From an uncultured Acinetobacter sp. (lineage in GTDB: Bacteria; Pseudomonadota; Gammaproteobacteria; Pseudomonadales; Moraxellaceae): a stretch of DNA of 64,000 nt. The DNA is taken from positions 131,200 through 195,199 of the forward strand of contig CAJYTY010000031.1 of NCBI GenBank assembly GCA_913777945.1, in the 5' to 3' direction. How positions within the stretch are numbered: the stretch's first letter is position 1; every line of letters begins with the position of its first letter. The position numbers and the translations under genes are program-made. Positions 50,342-64,000 of the stretch are shown piece after piece. The notes beneath the pieces were generated by a model, which saw nothing but the letters and a program-made list of their open reading frames with translations, searched no databases and was not told where the DNA came from.

Positions 50342-51262
50342 CTAACCCTCCAAAACACTCTCCAAAACTTCTTCACTCGGTGCAAAATAATACGCACCAT
50401 CCAGTGGTGTCACAAAATGCAGCAGTCGGTCATGAATACCATCGCCACTGGTTCCAAACATACGCTCTAGCATTTGATCAATTCTGCTCAGGTCTTTGGT
50501 ATAGGCAATAAAAAATAAACCTTGATCGCCTTTTCCATCGCCATAAGGCAGGCTATGGCGCAGAATTTCTAATTCTTCACCTTCCTCATCTTCTACCACT
50601 GTTCGTGCAACATGGGCATTATCTGGTTTTACATCGTCATCAAGTTCAATAGATTCCAGTTTGGTGCGTCCCATCACCTGTTCTTGCGCATCAACTTTGA
50701 GTTTTTTCCACTTTTCAAGGTCATGCGCATAACGCTGTGCGAAAACAAAACTTCCATCTGCAAAAACTGCATGTTCATCACCCAGTAGTGCTGTTTCTGC
50801 ACGATCGTCTGGAAACTGTGGATTTTCAGTGCCATCTATAAAGCCCGTGATATCGCGACCATCGAAGTATCTAAAACATACACGTTCATCCAAAACTTCT
50901 ACTTGATCCTGTATGCCTTCAAAAAAAGCCTGACTTAAAGCAAAACAGATATCTGCTCGAGTACTGGCAATATGAATGAGCACATCGGTGGGCACTGCGG
51001 GCATATGAAAAGCACCGTGAATCGGTTCAAGTGTCTTAAACCCTTCAGGAGTCTGTGTATAAAGCTGTTTCCACAAAGCTGCACCAAATGCTACACCTGT
51101 TTTGATCTGCGCATTGGGATGTTGTGTGATCAATCGATCGCGGGTTGTCAATAAAGCCTGTAATTGTTTCTTTAAGCCTTCTACCGACAAGTTGCCCAAG
51201 TTTAAAACAATAAAACGCGCATGATCTGAGGGTAGGGGAAGAATGACAGATTGTGCAGTCAC
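50342..51262 (-). CDS. Dyp-type peroxidase
   Basis: GFIDGTENP, AHVAR, ILRHSLPYG and GLFFIAY motifs. Confidence 0.93.
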   Translation of the reverse strand: MTAQSVILPLPSDHARFIVLNLGNLSVEGLKKQLQALLTTRDRLITQHPNAQIKTGVAFGAALWKQLYTQTPEGFKTLEPIHGAFHMPAVPTDVLIHIASTRADICFALSQAFFEGIQDQVEVLDERVCFRYFDGRDITGFIDGTENPQFPDDRAETALLGDEHAVFADGSFVFAQRYAHDLEKWKKLKVDAQEQVMGRTKLESIELDDDVKPDNAHVARTVVEDEEGEELEILRHSLPYGDGKGDQGLFFIAYTKDLSRIDQMLERMFGTSGDGIHDRLLHFVTPLDGAYYFAPSEEVLESVLEG

Positions 51263-51414
51263 CAGTGACTCCTAAAGCATTATTTAAATTCAATATTTCT
51301 CTATTGTGCCGTATCTTTGCTGCATATTAAATACGCGGTAACGATATTTTTATCGATGATTAGAATCGGATTCATACAACAGGTATAATCCCATTTTTGC
51401 TTTATGTTCAGGTT

Positions 51415-52041
51415 ATGTCATTTCAAGTTTGGATAGGCTATATGCTGGCGTGTTGGGTGATTAGTCTATCTCCCGGCGCAGGTGCGATCGCCTCAATGTC
51501 GAGTGGTTTGAATTATGGCTTTCGTCGTGGCTATTGGAACGCACTTGGCCTACAGTTAGCACTTTTGGTGCAAATTGGAATTGTTGCAGCCGGTGTGGGC
51601 GTACTGTTTACCACAACACCGTGGGCTTTTTTACTGGTGAAATGGTTTGGAATCGGTTATTTGCTCTATTTGGCCTATTTGCAATGGACGGCGCCTGTTC
51701 AATCGATTCAGATTCATTCCGAGCAACTTGAAATTTCTCGTCAGCGTCTGATTCTCAAGGGTTTTGTTGTCAATATCAGTAATCCAAAAGCGATCGTGTT
51801 CTTGCTCGCAGTATTGCCTCAATTTATTGATCTAGCGCGTCCGCAAGCACCACAGTACGGCATTATGGCCCTAACCATGGTGCTGATCGATTTGATTGTA
51901 ATGGCGGGATATACCGGATTGGCTGCCAAGGTGCTGCGCTTATTGCGCTCACCGCGACAGCAAAAATATCTGAATCGCAGCTTTGCGGTGATGTTTAGTG
52001 GCGCAGCGCTCTTGCTGAGCATGGTCAATCAAACGCACTAA
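51415..52041 (+). CDS. rhtB: RhtB/LysE-family efflux protein
   Basis: SLSPGAGAIASMSSGL and NISNPKAIVF motifs. Confidence 0.8.
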   Translation: MSFQVWIGYMLACWVISLSPGAGAIASMSSGLNYGFRRGYWNALGLQLALLVQIGIVAAGVGVLFTTTPWAFLLVKWFGIGYLLYLAYLQWTAPVQSIQIHSEQLEISRQRLILKGFVVNISNPKAIVFLLAVLPQFIDLARPQAPQYGIMALTMVLIDLIVMAGYTGLAAKVLRLLRSPRQQKYLNRSFAVMFSGAALLLSMVNQTH

Positions 52042-52051
52042 ACCCTGATAC

Positions 52052-52870
52052 TTATAAATATTTGGGTTGTTGACGGCGCGCCTTAATTTTTTGAACCAGA
52101 AAAATTGCGATAAATAACATCGACATGCAAATTACAATACTTAAGCCTGTGGCAATGTTTAAGCCCGCGCTGGACCAGAGTCCAATACTCACACCCAGTT
52201 GAGCAAACACAAATGCCCAGATCACCATTTGTTTAGGGGAGTGCGCCACCAGACGTGCCGTCAAGGCTGGAATAACCAGTAAAGCGCCCATCAGCAGAGA
52301 ACCTACAGCACGTAGCGCAAGCACTGTAAATAAGGCCAACAGCAACATGAAAATCAAGCGTTGCCATTTGGCATTTACACCTTCACTAATGGCGATATCT
52401 GGATCAATCGCGATCTGGATTTGCGCTTGCCAGTATCGATACAAAATGCACAGTGCAAAACCAATCAAGATTACAAAGATTGGTAACTCATCCCAGCTAA
52501 TGGTGAGCAGGTCGCCAAATAAGTAGCTGAGCAATTCAGGTCGTAAGCTAGGTAAATACTGAATAAACAATAATCCTGAGCAGAGTAGCGTCGCTGAACA
52601 CAATGCCAGTAAAGCATCGTTGGGTAAGCGTGGATCATGTAAGACCCATAAAATACCCACCAGCAACAAAGCCAGCAGAGTGACGCCAAACCATAACGGT
52701 AAACTCAGAGCACCTGCCACCGCAACACCGAGTAACGTGCCGTGGGCCATGGTGTCTGCAAAAAAGGACATTCTGCGCCACAGCATCAGACAGCCCAGCG
52801 GTGCAGTCAGGAATACCAGTAAAGTGCCCATCGTCCATGCGGGGAGGAGGAGTTGTAGCCACTCGGTCAT
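52052..52870 (-). CDS. znuB: Zinc ABC transporter permease
   Basis: WRRMSFFADTMAH and YLFGDLL motifs. Confidence 0.93.
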   Translation of the reverse strand: MTEWLQLLLPAWTMGTLLVFLTAPLGCLMLWRRMSFFADTMAHGTLLGVAVAGALSLPLWFGVTLLALLLVGILWVLHDPRLPNDALLALCSATLLCSGLLFIQYLPSLRPELLSYLFGDLLTISWDELPIFVILIGFALCILYRYWQAQIQIAIDPDIAISEGVNAKWQRLIFMLLLALFTVLALRAVGSLLMGALLVIPALTARLVAHSPKQMVIWAFVFAQLGVSIGLWSSAGLNIATGLSIVICMSMLFIAIFLVQKIKARRQQPKYL

Positions 52871-52873
52871 GGA

Positions 52874-53662
52874 TTAAGCTTCCGGTTCGGGATGAATATG
52901 AGGATGATCAAGATGTGCACAAGGCTCCACATGGTCGCCATGGGCACAATGATCGTGATGATGTTGATAGGGCACGCGCTGACCACCAAAAATTGCCAAG
53001 TATTCAGGATGTTGCTGAACACTTTCAGGCAACCCGCTACAACAAATATGTTTGTTGAGGCAGATCACGCGCTGTGTACCTTGCATGACCCACTGTAAGT
53101 CATGCGACACCATCAAAATAGCGCAGCCATAGCGCTCGGGAAGACTACGTACGTAATCATAAAGCTCTGCCTCTGACTGAATATCGAGGCCTTGCATTGG
53201 TTCATCCAGAACTAAAATATCCGGTTGACGCAATAACGCACGTGCTAACAGCACACGTTGTCGTTCACCGCCAGACAATTGCTGTACTTTGGCTAAAAGC
53301 AATTTGGCAATGCCCGTATCTTGAACAATTTCATCCCGTAACGACTTACTGCACTTTTCTAGGTCGAGTAGATCTTTTACCCGCAGCGGTAAACTGTGTG
53401 AAGGATTGAATTTTTGTGGCACATAGGCCATCTTGAGTTTTTTGGCGGTGCGGATTTTGCCTTGCGTGGGCTTGGTAATGCCCAGTAATACTTTAATTAA
53501 AGTCGACTTTCCTGCACCGTTGGGACCAATCAAGGTCACAATTTCGTTTTGATGCAAGGCAAAGTCAATATTTTTAAGGATATCTCTGTCATCGCGATGA
53601 ACAAAAATTCCATCTAAGCGAATAAGCTCAGAGGTTAACGCGGCTGGGTGCACTGCTGACAT
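52874..53662 (-). CDS. znuC: Zinc ABC transporter ATPase
   Basis: GPNGAGKST, LSGGE and CLNKHICCSG motifs; His-rich tail. Confidence 0.94.
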   Translation of the reverse strand: MSAVHPAALTSELIRLDGIFVHRDDRDILKNIDFALHQNEIVTLIGPNGAGKSTLIKVLLGITKPTQGKIRTAKKLKMAYVPQKFNPSHSLPLRVKDLLDLEKCSKSLRDEIVQDTGIAKLLLAKVQQLSGGERQRVLLARALLRQPDILVLDEPMQGLDIQSEAELYDYVRSLPERYGCAILMVSHDLQWVMQGTQRVICLNKHICCSGLPESVQQHPEYLAIFGGQRVPYQHHHDHCAHGDHVEPCAHLDHPHIHPEPEA

Positions 53663-54132
53663 TTTCCAGAAATTTCAATAATCGTATGCTGCGCACTGAA
53701 CTGATCAGAGGCGGCCAGCTGATTGAGTTGGCTGGTAAGGCCTTGAGAAGATGCTTCTTTTACCACATGACATTCGGTACAAATCAGGAATGCAGCCTGA
53801 TGTCCTTCACGTGGATGACAACAAGGAATATAGGCATTGATTGACGTCAAACGATGGATTAGACCTTTTTCAAGTAAAAAATCCAACGTTCGGTAAACTG
53901 TCGGCGGGGCAGCAGGGCGGTCAGAGTCGCTTTTAATTTTCGCAAGCAAGTCGTAGGCACCCATCGGACCCGATGCATTTAAGATCAGTTCCAGAACTTC
54001 TTTACGTAATGGTGTTAAGCGTGCTCCCGCTGCGGCACATAAGCTTTCTGCTTCAGCCAGACGCGCAGCTACATTGTGATGGTCATGGACCCCATGTAAT
54101 GCATTGTGATGTTCGTGGGAACAGGAGCTCAT
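53635..54132 (-). CDS. zur: Zinc uptake regulator
   Basis: PPTVYRTLDFL; two CxxC motifs. Confidence 0.93.
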   Translation of the reverse strand: MSSCSHEHHNALHGVHDHHNVAARLAEAESLCAAAGARLTPLRKEVLELILNASGPMGAYDLLAKIKSDSDRPAAPPTVYRTLDFLLEKGLIHRLTSINAYIPCCHPREGHQAAFLICTECHVVKEASSQGLTSQLNQLAASDQFSAQHTIIEISGKCQQCTQPR

Positions 54133-54210
54133 AAGACAACCTCGTAGTTTTATCAAATATTAACATGAACTCATAGATGTTACGATTAGGCTTAGGAATT
54201 TTTGCAATTT

Positions 54211-54225
54211 TGTTATAATATAACA
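54211..54225. promoter_or_regulatory. Zur box
   Basis: Perfect palindrome TGTTATA-A-TATAACA between divergent zur and znuA. Confidence 0.9.
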
Positions 54226-54254
54226 CAGTTCCAGATCTAGGTTTTAATTTGCTC

Positions 54255-55097
54255 ATGTTGCGTTTTGTGCTGATTTGTTGTTTGACTCTTTTAAGTGCTG
54301 CCAGTTGGGCACAAGGTCCCTTGGTGGTATCTACTCATCCTTTATATTTGATTGCCCAAAAAATTACGGCAGGCGTGGAAGAACCGCAACTATTATTAAG
54401 CAATCAATCCGGGCATGACGTTCAGTTGACGCCTGCACACCGCAAAGCCATACAAGATGCCTCTTTGGTGATCTGGTTGGGCAAGGCACATGAAGCACCT
54501 TTGGCTAAATTGCTCGACAATAACGCAAAAGCAGTCTCCATCATTAACTCCCAGATTGGCACATCACTCCCGCAACGAACCACGCGTGGGGTGCCTATTG
54601 CCAATACGATCGATACGCACGTATGGCTCGATCCTAATAATGCGGTACGCATTGGCTTCTTTATTGCGGCATTACGCTCGCAGCAAATGCCAGAAAACAA
54701 AACCAAATACTGGAATAACGCACGCTTGTTTGCCCGAGACATGCTACAGGCTGCGCAAAAGTACAACAGTACTGCCGCTCCAAAACCTTACTGGTCGTAT
54801 CACGACGCCTACCAATATCTAGAGCGCTCACTGAATCTTAAATTTGCCGGTGCACTGACGGATGATCCACATGTAGCACCAACGGTAGGTCAAATCAAAT
54901 ACTTAAATGACAATCGTCCAAGTGAGAGAATGTGCCTCATGGCCGAAGCACATGCCAGCAAAAACCAATATCAAAAACTTAGCCCAATTGTCTTTGAGTC
55001 GGTAGACGAAAGTCTGACAGGCGAAAATGACTTTGTCGTCGCTTGGCAGAAACTGGCCAGTCAAACCGTGAAATGTGTGCAAACAGCAAGCAAATAA
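54255..55097 (+). CDS. znuA: Zinc ABC transporter substrate-binding protein
   Basis: Signal peptide; GHD, DTHVWLDP and HDAYQY motifs. Confidence 0.92.
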   Translation: MLRFVLICCLTLLSAASWAQGPLVVSTHPLYLIAQKITAGVEEPQLLLSNQSGHDVQLTPAHRKAIQDASLVIWLGKAHEAPLAKLLDNNAKAVSIINSQIGTSLPQRTTRGVPIANTIDTHVWLDPNNAVRIGFFIAALRSQQMPENKTKYWNNARLFARDMLQAAQKYNSTAAPKPYWSYHDAYQYLERSLNLKFAGALTDDPHVAPTVGQIKYLNDNRPSERMCLMAEAHASKNQYQKLSPIVFESVDESLTGENDFVVAWQKLASQTVKCVQTASK

Positions 55098-55176
55098 GCA
55101 CATTATTGTGAAGCGCTTCCCACTCTTGAAGCGCGAAGCAATCTTAGAAAAAAACATGACTTAGGTCGGGAAATGA

Positions 55177-55205
55177 TTGCATGTTTAGGGGGTGGGCTCT
55201 ATAAT
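55177..55205 (+). promoter_or_regulatory. atp operon promoter
   Basis: TTGCAT-17 nt-TATAAT. Confidence 0.7.
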
Positions 55206-55269
55206 GCCTGCGATTAAAAACGATCAACTGCGAAACTTGTCAAGCATTCATGCTGTGAGTGGATAAACA

Positions 55270-55668
55270 ATGAGCCGACCTAGTCGCTTGATTGACCGAC
55301 GATTAGCGAAAGCAATGGTCTTCTTACAAGCATTAATGATCCCTGTTTCTAGCTTGATTGCATGGGGAGTGAAAGACTCAACTGCTGCACTAAGTGCTGC
55401 TTTGGGGGCTTTTGTATGCTGGATTGCACACGTATATTTTTGTTGGCAGTCATTCCGTGCAGCTGGAGCTAGAGCATCTAGACAGGTTCTCTCCAATATG
55501 TATCGAGGCATATTGGGAAAATTTGCAATCGTGATCGTTGGATTTATTTTAATTTTAAGCAACGTCAAACCGTTATCACCGGTGGCATTGTTTTGTGGTT
55601 TTATTCTCGTTCAAGCCATGTCGTGGGTCGCTCCGTTTTGGGTGTCACGTCTACAAAAACGAGTTTAG
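55270..55668 (+). CDS. atpI: ATP synthase protein I
   Basis: 4 TM, SAALG...YRG..GKF; first gene of the operon. Confidence 0.9.
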   Translation: MSRPSRLIDRRLAKAMVFLQALMIPVSSLIAWGVKDSTAALSAALGAFVCWIAHVYFCWQSFRAAGARASRQVLSNMYRGILGKFAIVIVGFILILSNVKPLSPVALFCGFILVQAMSWVAPFWVSRLQKRV

Positions 55669-55767
55669 GCACATCAAAAGTTGAAAAATTTTTTGAGTGT
55701 GACGAGATATCAAGCAGCTTGCGAGATTCGTCTACTCTTTTTAGTAATTGACATTGACCAGGTGTGA

Positions 55768-56646
<879 letters not shown>

Positions 56647-56697
56647 TGGTTTATCCCTAGTTATCATAGGGATAGCTAGGTACAATTTTTAGTTTAA

Positions 56698-56976
<279 letters not shown>

Positions 56977-57015
56977 TCATCTTAATTCCGAAATCCACCA
57001 TTTTGAGGAATTGCT

Positions 57016-57486
57016 ATGAATATTAACCTCACATTGATTGGTCAAGCGATTGCATTTGCGATTTTCGTCGCATTCTGCATGAAATTCGTTTGGCCACCAC
57101 TAATCAATGCGATTAGTGAGCGTCAGCGCAAAATCGCTGATGGCTTAAATGCTGCTGAAAAAGCAAAGGCGGATCTCGCTGATGCTCAGGCGCAAGTTAA
57201 GCAAGAGCTTGATGCTGCTAAAGCACAAGCGGCTCAATTGATCGAACAAGCGAACCGTCGTGCAGCACAATTGATTGAAGAAGCGCGCACCCAAGCAACT
57301 GCTGAAGGTGAACGTATTCGTCAACAGTCAAAAGAGACTGTTGATCAAGAAATCAATGCTGCTCGCGAAGAATTACGTCAACAAGTGGCTGCTTTGGCAG
57401 TTGATGGTGCAGAAAAAATTCTGAGCCAGCAAGTTGATCAACAAGCTCATGCTGCCATGCTTGAACAGCTGGCTGCTAAACTTTAA
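57016..57486 (+). CDS. atpF: F0 subunit b
   Basis: MKFVWPP and [10 protein letters not shown] motifs. Confidence 0.98.
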   Translation: MNINLTLIGQAIAFAIFVAFCMKFVWPPLINAISERQRKIADGLNAAEKAKADLADAQAQVKQELDAAKAQAAQLIEQANRRAAQLIEEARTQATAEGERIRQQSKETVDQEINAAREELRQQVAALAVDGAEKILSQQVDQQAHAAMLEQLAAKL

Positions 57487-57497
57487 GCGAGGGAAGT

Positions 57498-58034
57498 ATG
57501 GCTGAACTCTTGACGTTGGCACGCCCGTACGCTAAAGCAGCTTTTGCTTACGCTTCTGAGCAGGGTGCGACAGATAACTGGTCCACAGCATTACAAGTGC
57601 TCAGTGCAGCGGTGCAAGACGAAGCATTTTCCGCTTATTTGAATCGTCCTGAACTTACTCCTTCGGAGCAAGTTGAGCTTTTCGCTAAAATTTTAGGTGA
57701 AGATCAATCACAAGCAGTGTCAAATTTTTTGACGCTTCTTGCTGATAATGATCGTTTGATTCTTTTGCCAGAAATCGCAGAAGAATACGAAGAGCTTAAA
57801 TCACAGAATAACAACGTGGTAGATGTCGTGATTGAATCGGCATTTCCATTGTCTGCTGAACAAGAACAACTGTTAAAAACTGCTCTCGAAAAGCGTTATA
57901 ACAGCTCTGTGACGATCGCAGTAGAAGTGAAGCCTGCATTAATTGCAGGTGTTGTTATTCGTGCAGGCGATCAAGTGATAGATGATTCTGCGCTGAACAA
58001 GCTTGAAAAAATGCGGACTCGTCTTCTTGCATAA
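57498..58034 (+). CDS. atpH: F1 subunit delta
   Basis: ARPYAKAAF and GDQVIDDS motifs. Confidence 0.97.
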   Translation: MAELLTLARPYAKAAFAYASEQGATDNWSTALQVLSAAVQDEAFSAYLNRPELTPSEQVELFAKILGEDQSQAVSNFLTLLADNDRLILLPEIAEEYEELKSQNNNVVDVVIESAFPLSAEQEQLLKTALEKRYNSSVTIAVEVKPALIAGVVIRAGDQVIDDSALNKLEKMRTRLLA

Positions 58035-58079
58035 TGCATAAAAGAAGACTGAACTTTAAAAAGATTGAGGAATAGCGCA

Positions 58080-59624
<1,545 letters not shown>

Positions 59625-59701
59625 GTTTATCTTTAGTTAAGTTTGGTTCACGGATCAACCTTCGAAGGCTCGAAAGAGCTTTCGACTACTAGGTTAAGCG
59701 T

Positions 59702-60571
59702 ATGGCAAATTTAAAAGAAATTCGCGCCAAAGTAGCCAGTATCAAGAGCACGCAAAAGATTACTCGCGCGATGCAAATGGTGGCTGCTTCTAAAATGCGT
59801 CGTGCGCAAGAGCGCATGGCCCAAGGCCGTCCGTATGCCGATAATATGCGCCGTGTAATTGCTCACTTGGTCCAAGCAAACCCTGAATACAAACATCGTT
59901 ATATGGTTGATCGCCCTGTTAAGCGTGTTGGCTATATCGTGGTGTCTTCAGATCGTGGTTTGGCAGGTGGCTTGAACATTAACTTGTTCAAGAAAGTTGT
60001 GCAGCATGTCAAAGCACAACAACAGCAGTCAATTGAAGTTGAATTTGCTTTGATTGGTCAAAAAGCGGTTTCGTTTTTTAAGAATTACGGCGGTAAAGTG
60101 CTTGGTGCAACGACCCAGCTTGGCGATGCGCCAAGTCTTGAACAGTTGACAGGCTCAGTACAGGTCATGCTTGATGCATTTGACAAAGGCGAGTTAGATC
60201 GTATCTACCTTGTGTCAAATGGCTTCGTCAATGCAATGACTCAGCAGCCTAAAGTTGAACAACTTGTTCCTTTAGCACCAGCAGAAGAAAGCGATAACCT
60301 CAACCGTACTTATGGTTGGGACTATATCTACGAACCAGAAGCAGAACAATTGTTAAATGGTTTGTTGGTTCGCTATATCGAGTCGATGGTTTATCAAGGT
60401 GTAATTGAAAACGTTGCATGTGAGCAATCAGCTCGTATGGTCGCAATGAAAGCAGCGACAGACAACGCAGGACAATTGATTAAAGACCTACAACTCATTT
60501 ACAACAAGCTGCGTCAAGCCGCGATTACTCAGGAAATTTCCGAGATCGTTGGCGGTGCCGCTGCCGTTTAA
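59702..60571 (+). CDS. atpG: F1 subunit gamma
   Basis: [13 protein letters not shown] and [13 protein letters not shown] motifs. Confidence 0.99.
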   Translation: MANLKEIRAKVASIKSTQKITRAMQMVAASKMRRAQERMAQGRPYADNMRRVIAHLVQANPEYKHRYMVDRPVKRVGYIVVSSDRGLAGGLNINLFKKVVQHVKAQQQQSIEVEFALIGQKAVSFFKNYGGKVLGATTQLGDAPSLEQLTGSVQVMLDAFDKGELDRIYLVSNGFVNAMTQQPKVEQLVPLAPAEESDNLNRTYGWDYIYEPEAEQLLNGLLVRYIESMVYQGVIENVACEQSARMVAMKAATDNAGQLIKDLQLIYNKLRQAAITQEISEIVGGAAAV

Positions 60572-60586
60572 CATTATTAAGTTTGA

Positions 60587-61996
<1,410 letters not shown>

Positions 61997-62023
61997 TTAG
62001 CAACTCTAATTTAGGAGGTTCTC

Positions 62024-62443
62024 ATGGCGACGATGCAATGTGATGTCGTAAGTGTGAAAGAGTCAATTTACTCTGGACAAGTTACGATGTTGATCGCTAA
62101 AGGTGCAGGTGGTGAGTTGGGTATTTTACCTGGACACGCGCCACTGGTAACCTTGCTCCAACCAGGACCGATCCGCGTTCAGTTGGAAAATGGTACAGAA
62201 GAAATCGTTTATGTATCAGGCGGTGTGTTAGAAGTTCAGCCTCACGTTGTGACCGTGCTTGCAGATACTGCAATCCGTGCTGACAACCTAGATGAAGCAG
62301 CAATTGTTGAAGCGCGTAAGCACGCCGAGCAATTGCTTGCCAATCAGAAGAGTGATCTGGATTCTGCTGCTGCACTTGCTGCGCTTGCAGAAACTGCAGC
62401 TCAGCTTGAAACGATTCGTAAAATCAAGAATCGCGCGCTTTAA
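62024..62443 (+). CDS. atpC: F1 subunit epsilon
   Basis: GELGILPGHAP and VSGGVLEV motifs. Confidence 0.98.
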   Translation: MATMQCDVVSVKESIYSGQVTMLIAKGAGGELGILPGHAPLVTLLQPGPIRVQLENGTEEIVYVSGGVLEVQPHVVTVLADTAIRADNLDEAAIVEARKHAEQLLANQKSDLDSAAALAALAETAAQLETIRKIKNRAL

Positions 62444-62463
62444 GCCACGATTTTGGATTGAAG

Positions 62464-62488
62464 AAGCCACCGTCAGGTGGCTTTTTTT
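62464..62488 (+). terminator. atp operon terminator
   Basis: aagccacc-gtca-ggtggctt followed by a T-run. Confidence 0.88.
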
Positions 62489-62549
62489 ATGTCTGTTGTT
62501 TAGCAAAGCTTTGCGCTAAGCTCTGTTGCAAATAGGTGCAGCAGAGGAC

Positions 62550-63440
62550 ATGACAGATATGGCGTTTCAAAACATCACGGGCCTTCAGTGGGCATCGTTG
62601 GGACCAGATGCGCTTCAGGTCTTGCAGATCGACAACGAATTTTGTACGGCTCAAGTGGCTCTACAGGGCGCGCAAGTTCTACAATTTTATTCTAAGCAGC
62701 ATCAGCGTGATGTACTCTGGCTCTCAGATCGTAATTCATTTGCAGCAGGAAAGGCTATTCGTGGTGGCATTCCGCTATGTTTTCCATGGTTTGGTGAGCA
62801 TGCAATTGAAACAGACTATCCTGCACATGGCTTTGCCAGAAATATGCAGTGGCAATTCAAAGATGCTCAATATCAACAGGGTCAAGGGCACAGCTTGACC
62901 TTTGAGCTTCGTGATCATGCTGCGACTCGTCGTTATTGGGATGCCGCATTTTGTCTTGAAATGCACATCCGGTTGGGGCAAACCCTTGAACTCAACTTTC
63001 GATTGAATAACTTAGATCTCCATCCGATCAGCTTCGGTTTTGCTTGGCACAGTTATTTTGCTGTCAAGACTCAACGTACCCGACTGTATGGCGTTGAAGG
63101 GTGTTCTTACATCGATCAACTAGATGGTCATCAGATCAAGCAGCAGGATACTGCTCCGCTCGAGTTTCATTGTGAAACCGATCAGATCTATCCGCTCACG
63201 AAAGGAAAATTTCGCTTAGATGACTCGTCTACAACACAAATTGTGATTGAGACATCTGCACAAAGTGCGGTGGTGTGGAACCCATGGATTGAAAAAACCA
63301 AGCGCATGGCCGATTTAGCACCTCAAAGCTGGCAAGAATTTGTTTGTGTTGAGGCTGGACAAGTGGCCACCGAGCAACAAACACTATTGCCTGAGCAGCA
63401 ACTCAGTTATCAACTTTGTCTTAGTCTGAGCGATCTCTAG
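62550..63440 (+). CDS. D-hexose-6-phosphate mutarotase (aldose 1-epimerase family)
   Basis: IRGGIPLCFPWFG, HGFAR, HSYF, VVWNPW and FVCVE motifs. Confidence 0.9.
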   Translation: MTDMAFQNITGLQWASLGPDALQVLQIDNEFCTAQVALQGAQVLQFYSKQHQRDVLWLSDRNSFAAGKAIRGGIPLCFPWFGEHAIETDYPAHGFARNMQWQFKDAQYQQGQGHSLTFELRDHAATRRYWDAAFCLEMHIRLGQTLELNFRLNNLDLHPISFGFAWHSYFAVKTQRTRLYGVEGCSYIDQLDGHQIKQQDTAPLEFHCETDQIYPLTKGKFRLDDSSTTQIVIETSAQSAVVWNPWIEKTKRMADLAPQSWQEFVCVEAGQVATEQQTLLPEQQLSYQLCLSLSDL

Positions 63441-63446
63441 GGCGCC

Positions 63447-64000
63447 TTAAGATTTAGAGTCTGTGCTTGAAGCCGTCGAGTTTGGGTTAACAATTAGGGC
63501 AGCCAGTTTCAGCATTTCAGTTTGTAGCGTATTGAGCTGATGCTGAATAGCCACAATATCCTGTTTTTTCCAGTTCAATATCTGTTGAAACAGATCGCTC
63601 TGTAACAGCTGCTCATTGGTATTGATCAGCTGTTGACGTAATTTTTCAACCTCTGGGCTCTTCAGTTGTAACTGATTGAGATTGTCATTGAATTGGGTCA
63701 ACTGGGTTTTAAAGTGAGATAATGTTTGCTGTGCGGCCTGCGGATCTTGTTCTTGAAGTGCAGTTTCAAGCTGACTTTGCGTCGCTTGCAACTTTTGCAT
63801 GTCTTGACCTACTTTAAGCTGCAAATCTGCCGCGTCGCGAAGCAAATAAAATAGATTCGTGGTCGATGAGCTTTCTTCATTGTTGAGGGCATCATCACTA
63901 CCTTGATTATCGATAGGCATGTTGTCTTGATTGGCCGATGTCATGCTTTGCTCACGCGCTGTACTTTCCGCGTCGGGTTGTTGATCACACCCCACAAACA
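63447..64000 (-). CDS. Hypothetical coiled-coil lipoprotein (5' end outside the window)
   Basis: The frame is open to the window edge; FVGC lipobox-like site; Gln/Leu-rich helices. Confidence 0.6.
   Translation of the reverse strand, partial: FVGCDQQPDAESTAREQSMTSANQDNMPIDNQGSDDALNNEESSSTTNLFYLLRDAADLQLKVGQDMQKLQATQSQLETALQEQDPQAAQQTLSHFKTQLTQFNDNLNQLQLKSPEVEKLRQQLINTNEQLLQSDLFQQILNWKKQDIVAIQHQLNTLQTEMLKLAALIVNPNSTASSTDSKS

Noticed and set aside
50342-51262. Dyp as encapsulin cargo
   Set aside because: No adjacent encapsulin gene and no C-terminal targeting extension.
52874-54132. His-rich tails on ZnuC and Zur
   Set aside because: Expected for zinc-uptake proteins; not novel.
59661-59685. 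Hairpin between atpA and atpG
   Set aside because: Most simply an ordinary intercistronic mRNA stability or stoichiometry element.

Overview
This is an Acinetobacter-type chromosomal window, inferred from gene content and order. The housekeeping backbone is ahpC, hrpA, a fabH-like KAS III, tRNA-Gly, bolA, guaA, argS, maeA, dyp, znuBC-zur-znuA and a complete atpIBEFHAGDC operon. Several accessory blocks interrupt it: (1) 159-2504, a decaying orphan T6SS cassette with a VgrG C-terminal tail only, a doubly frameshifted glycine-zipper toxin and two paralogous immunity-like genes made by local duplication; (2) 2577-3227, a nonsense-interrupted proteasome-beta/Ntn-like gene; (3) 4130-7722, a four-gene biosynthetic-looking operon ('thermostable hemolysin'/acyltransferase-like, adenylating enzyme, heme-oxygenase-like diiron oxidase, SDR), which is the best candidate for an uncharacterised pathway; (4) an unannotated structured ~150-nt sRNA candidate with its own promoter and terminator; (5) an IS3/IS150-group element inserted into the loop of the ahpC terminator; (6) an AT-rich islet 3' of tRNA-Gly; (7) mrr and a pEtN transferase after guaA; (8) a full vgrG, a multi-domain peptidoglycan-hydrolase effector and three immunity-like genes, with an internally deleted IS5 relic among them. 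No CRISPR array, rRNA or integrase was seen. All product calls come from motif recognition by eye; no database searches were run.
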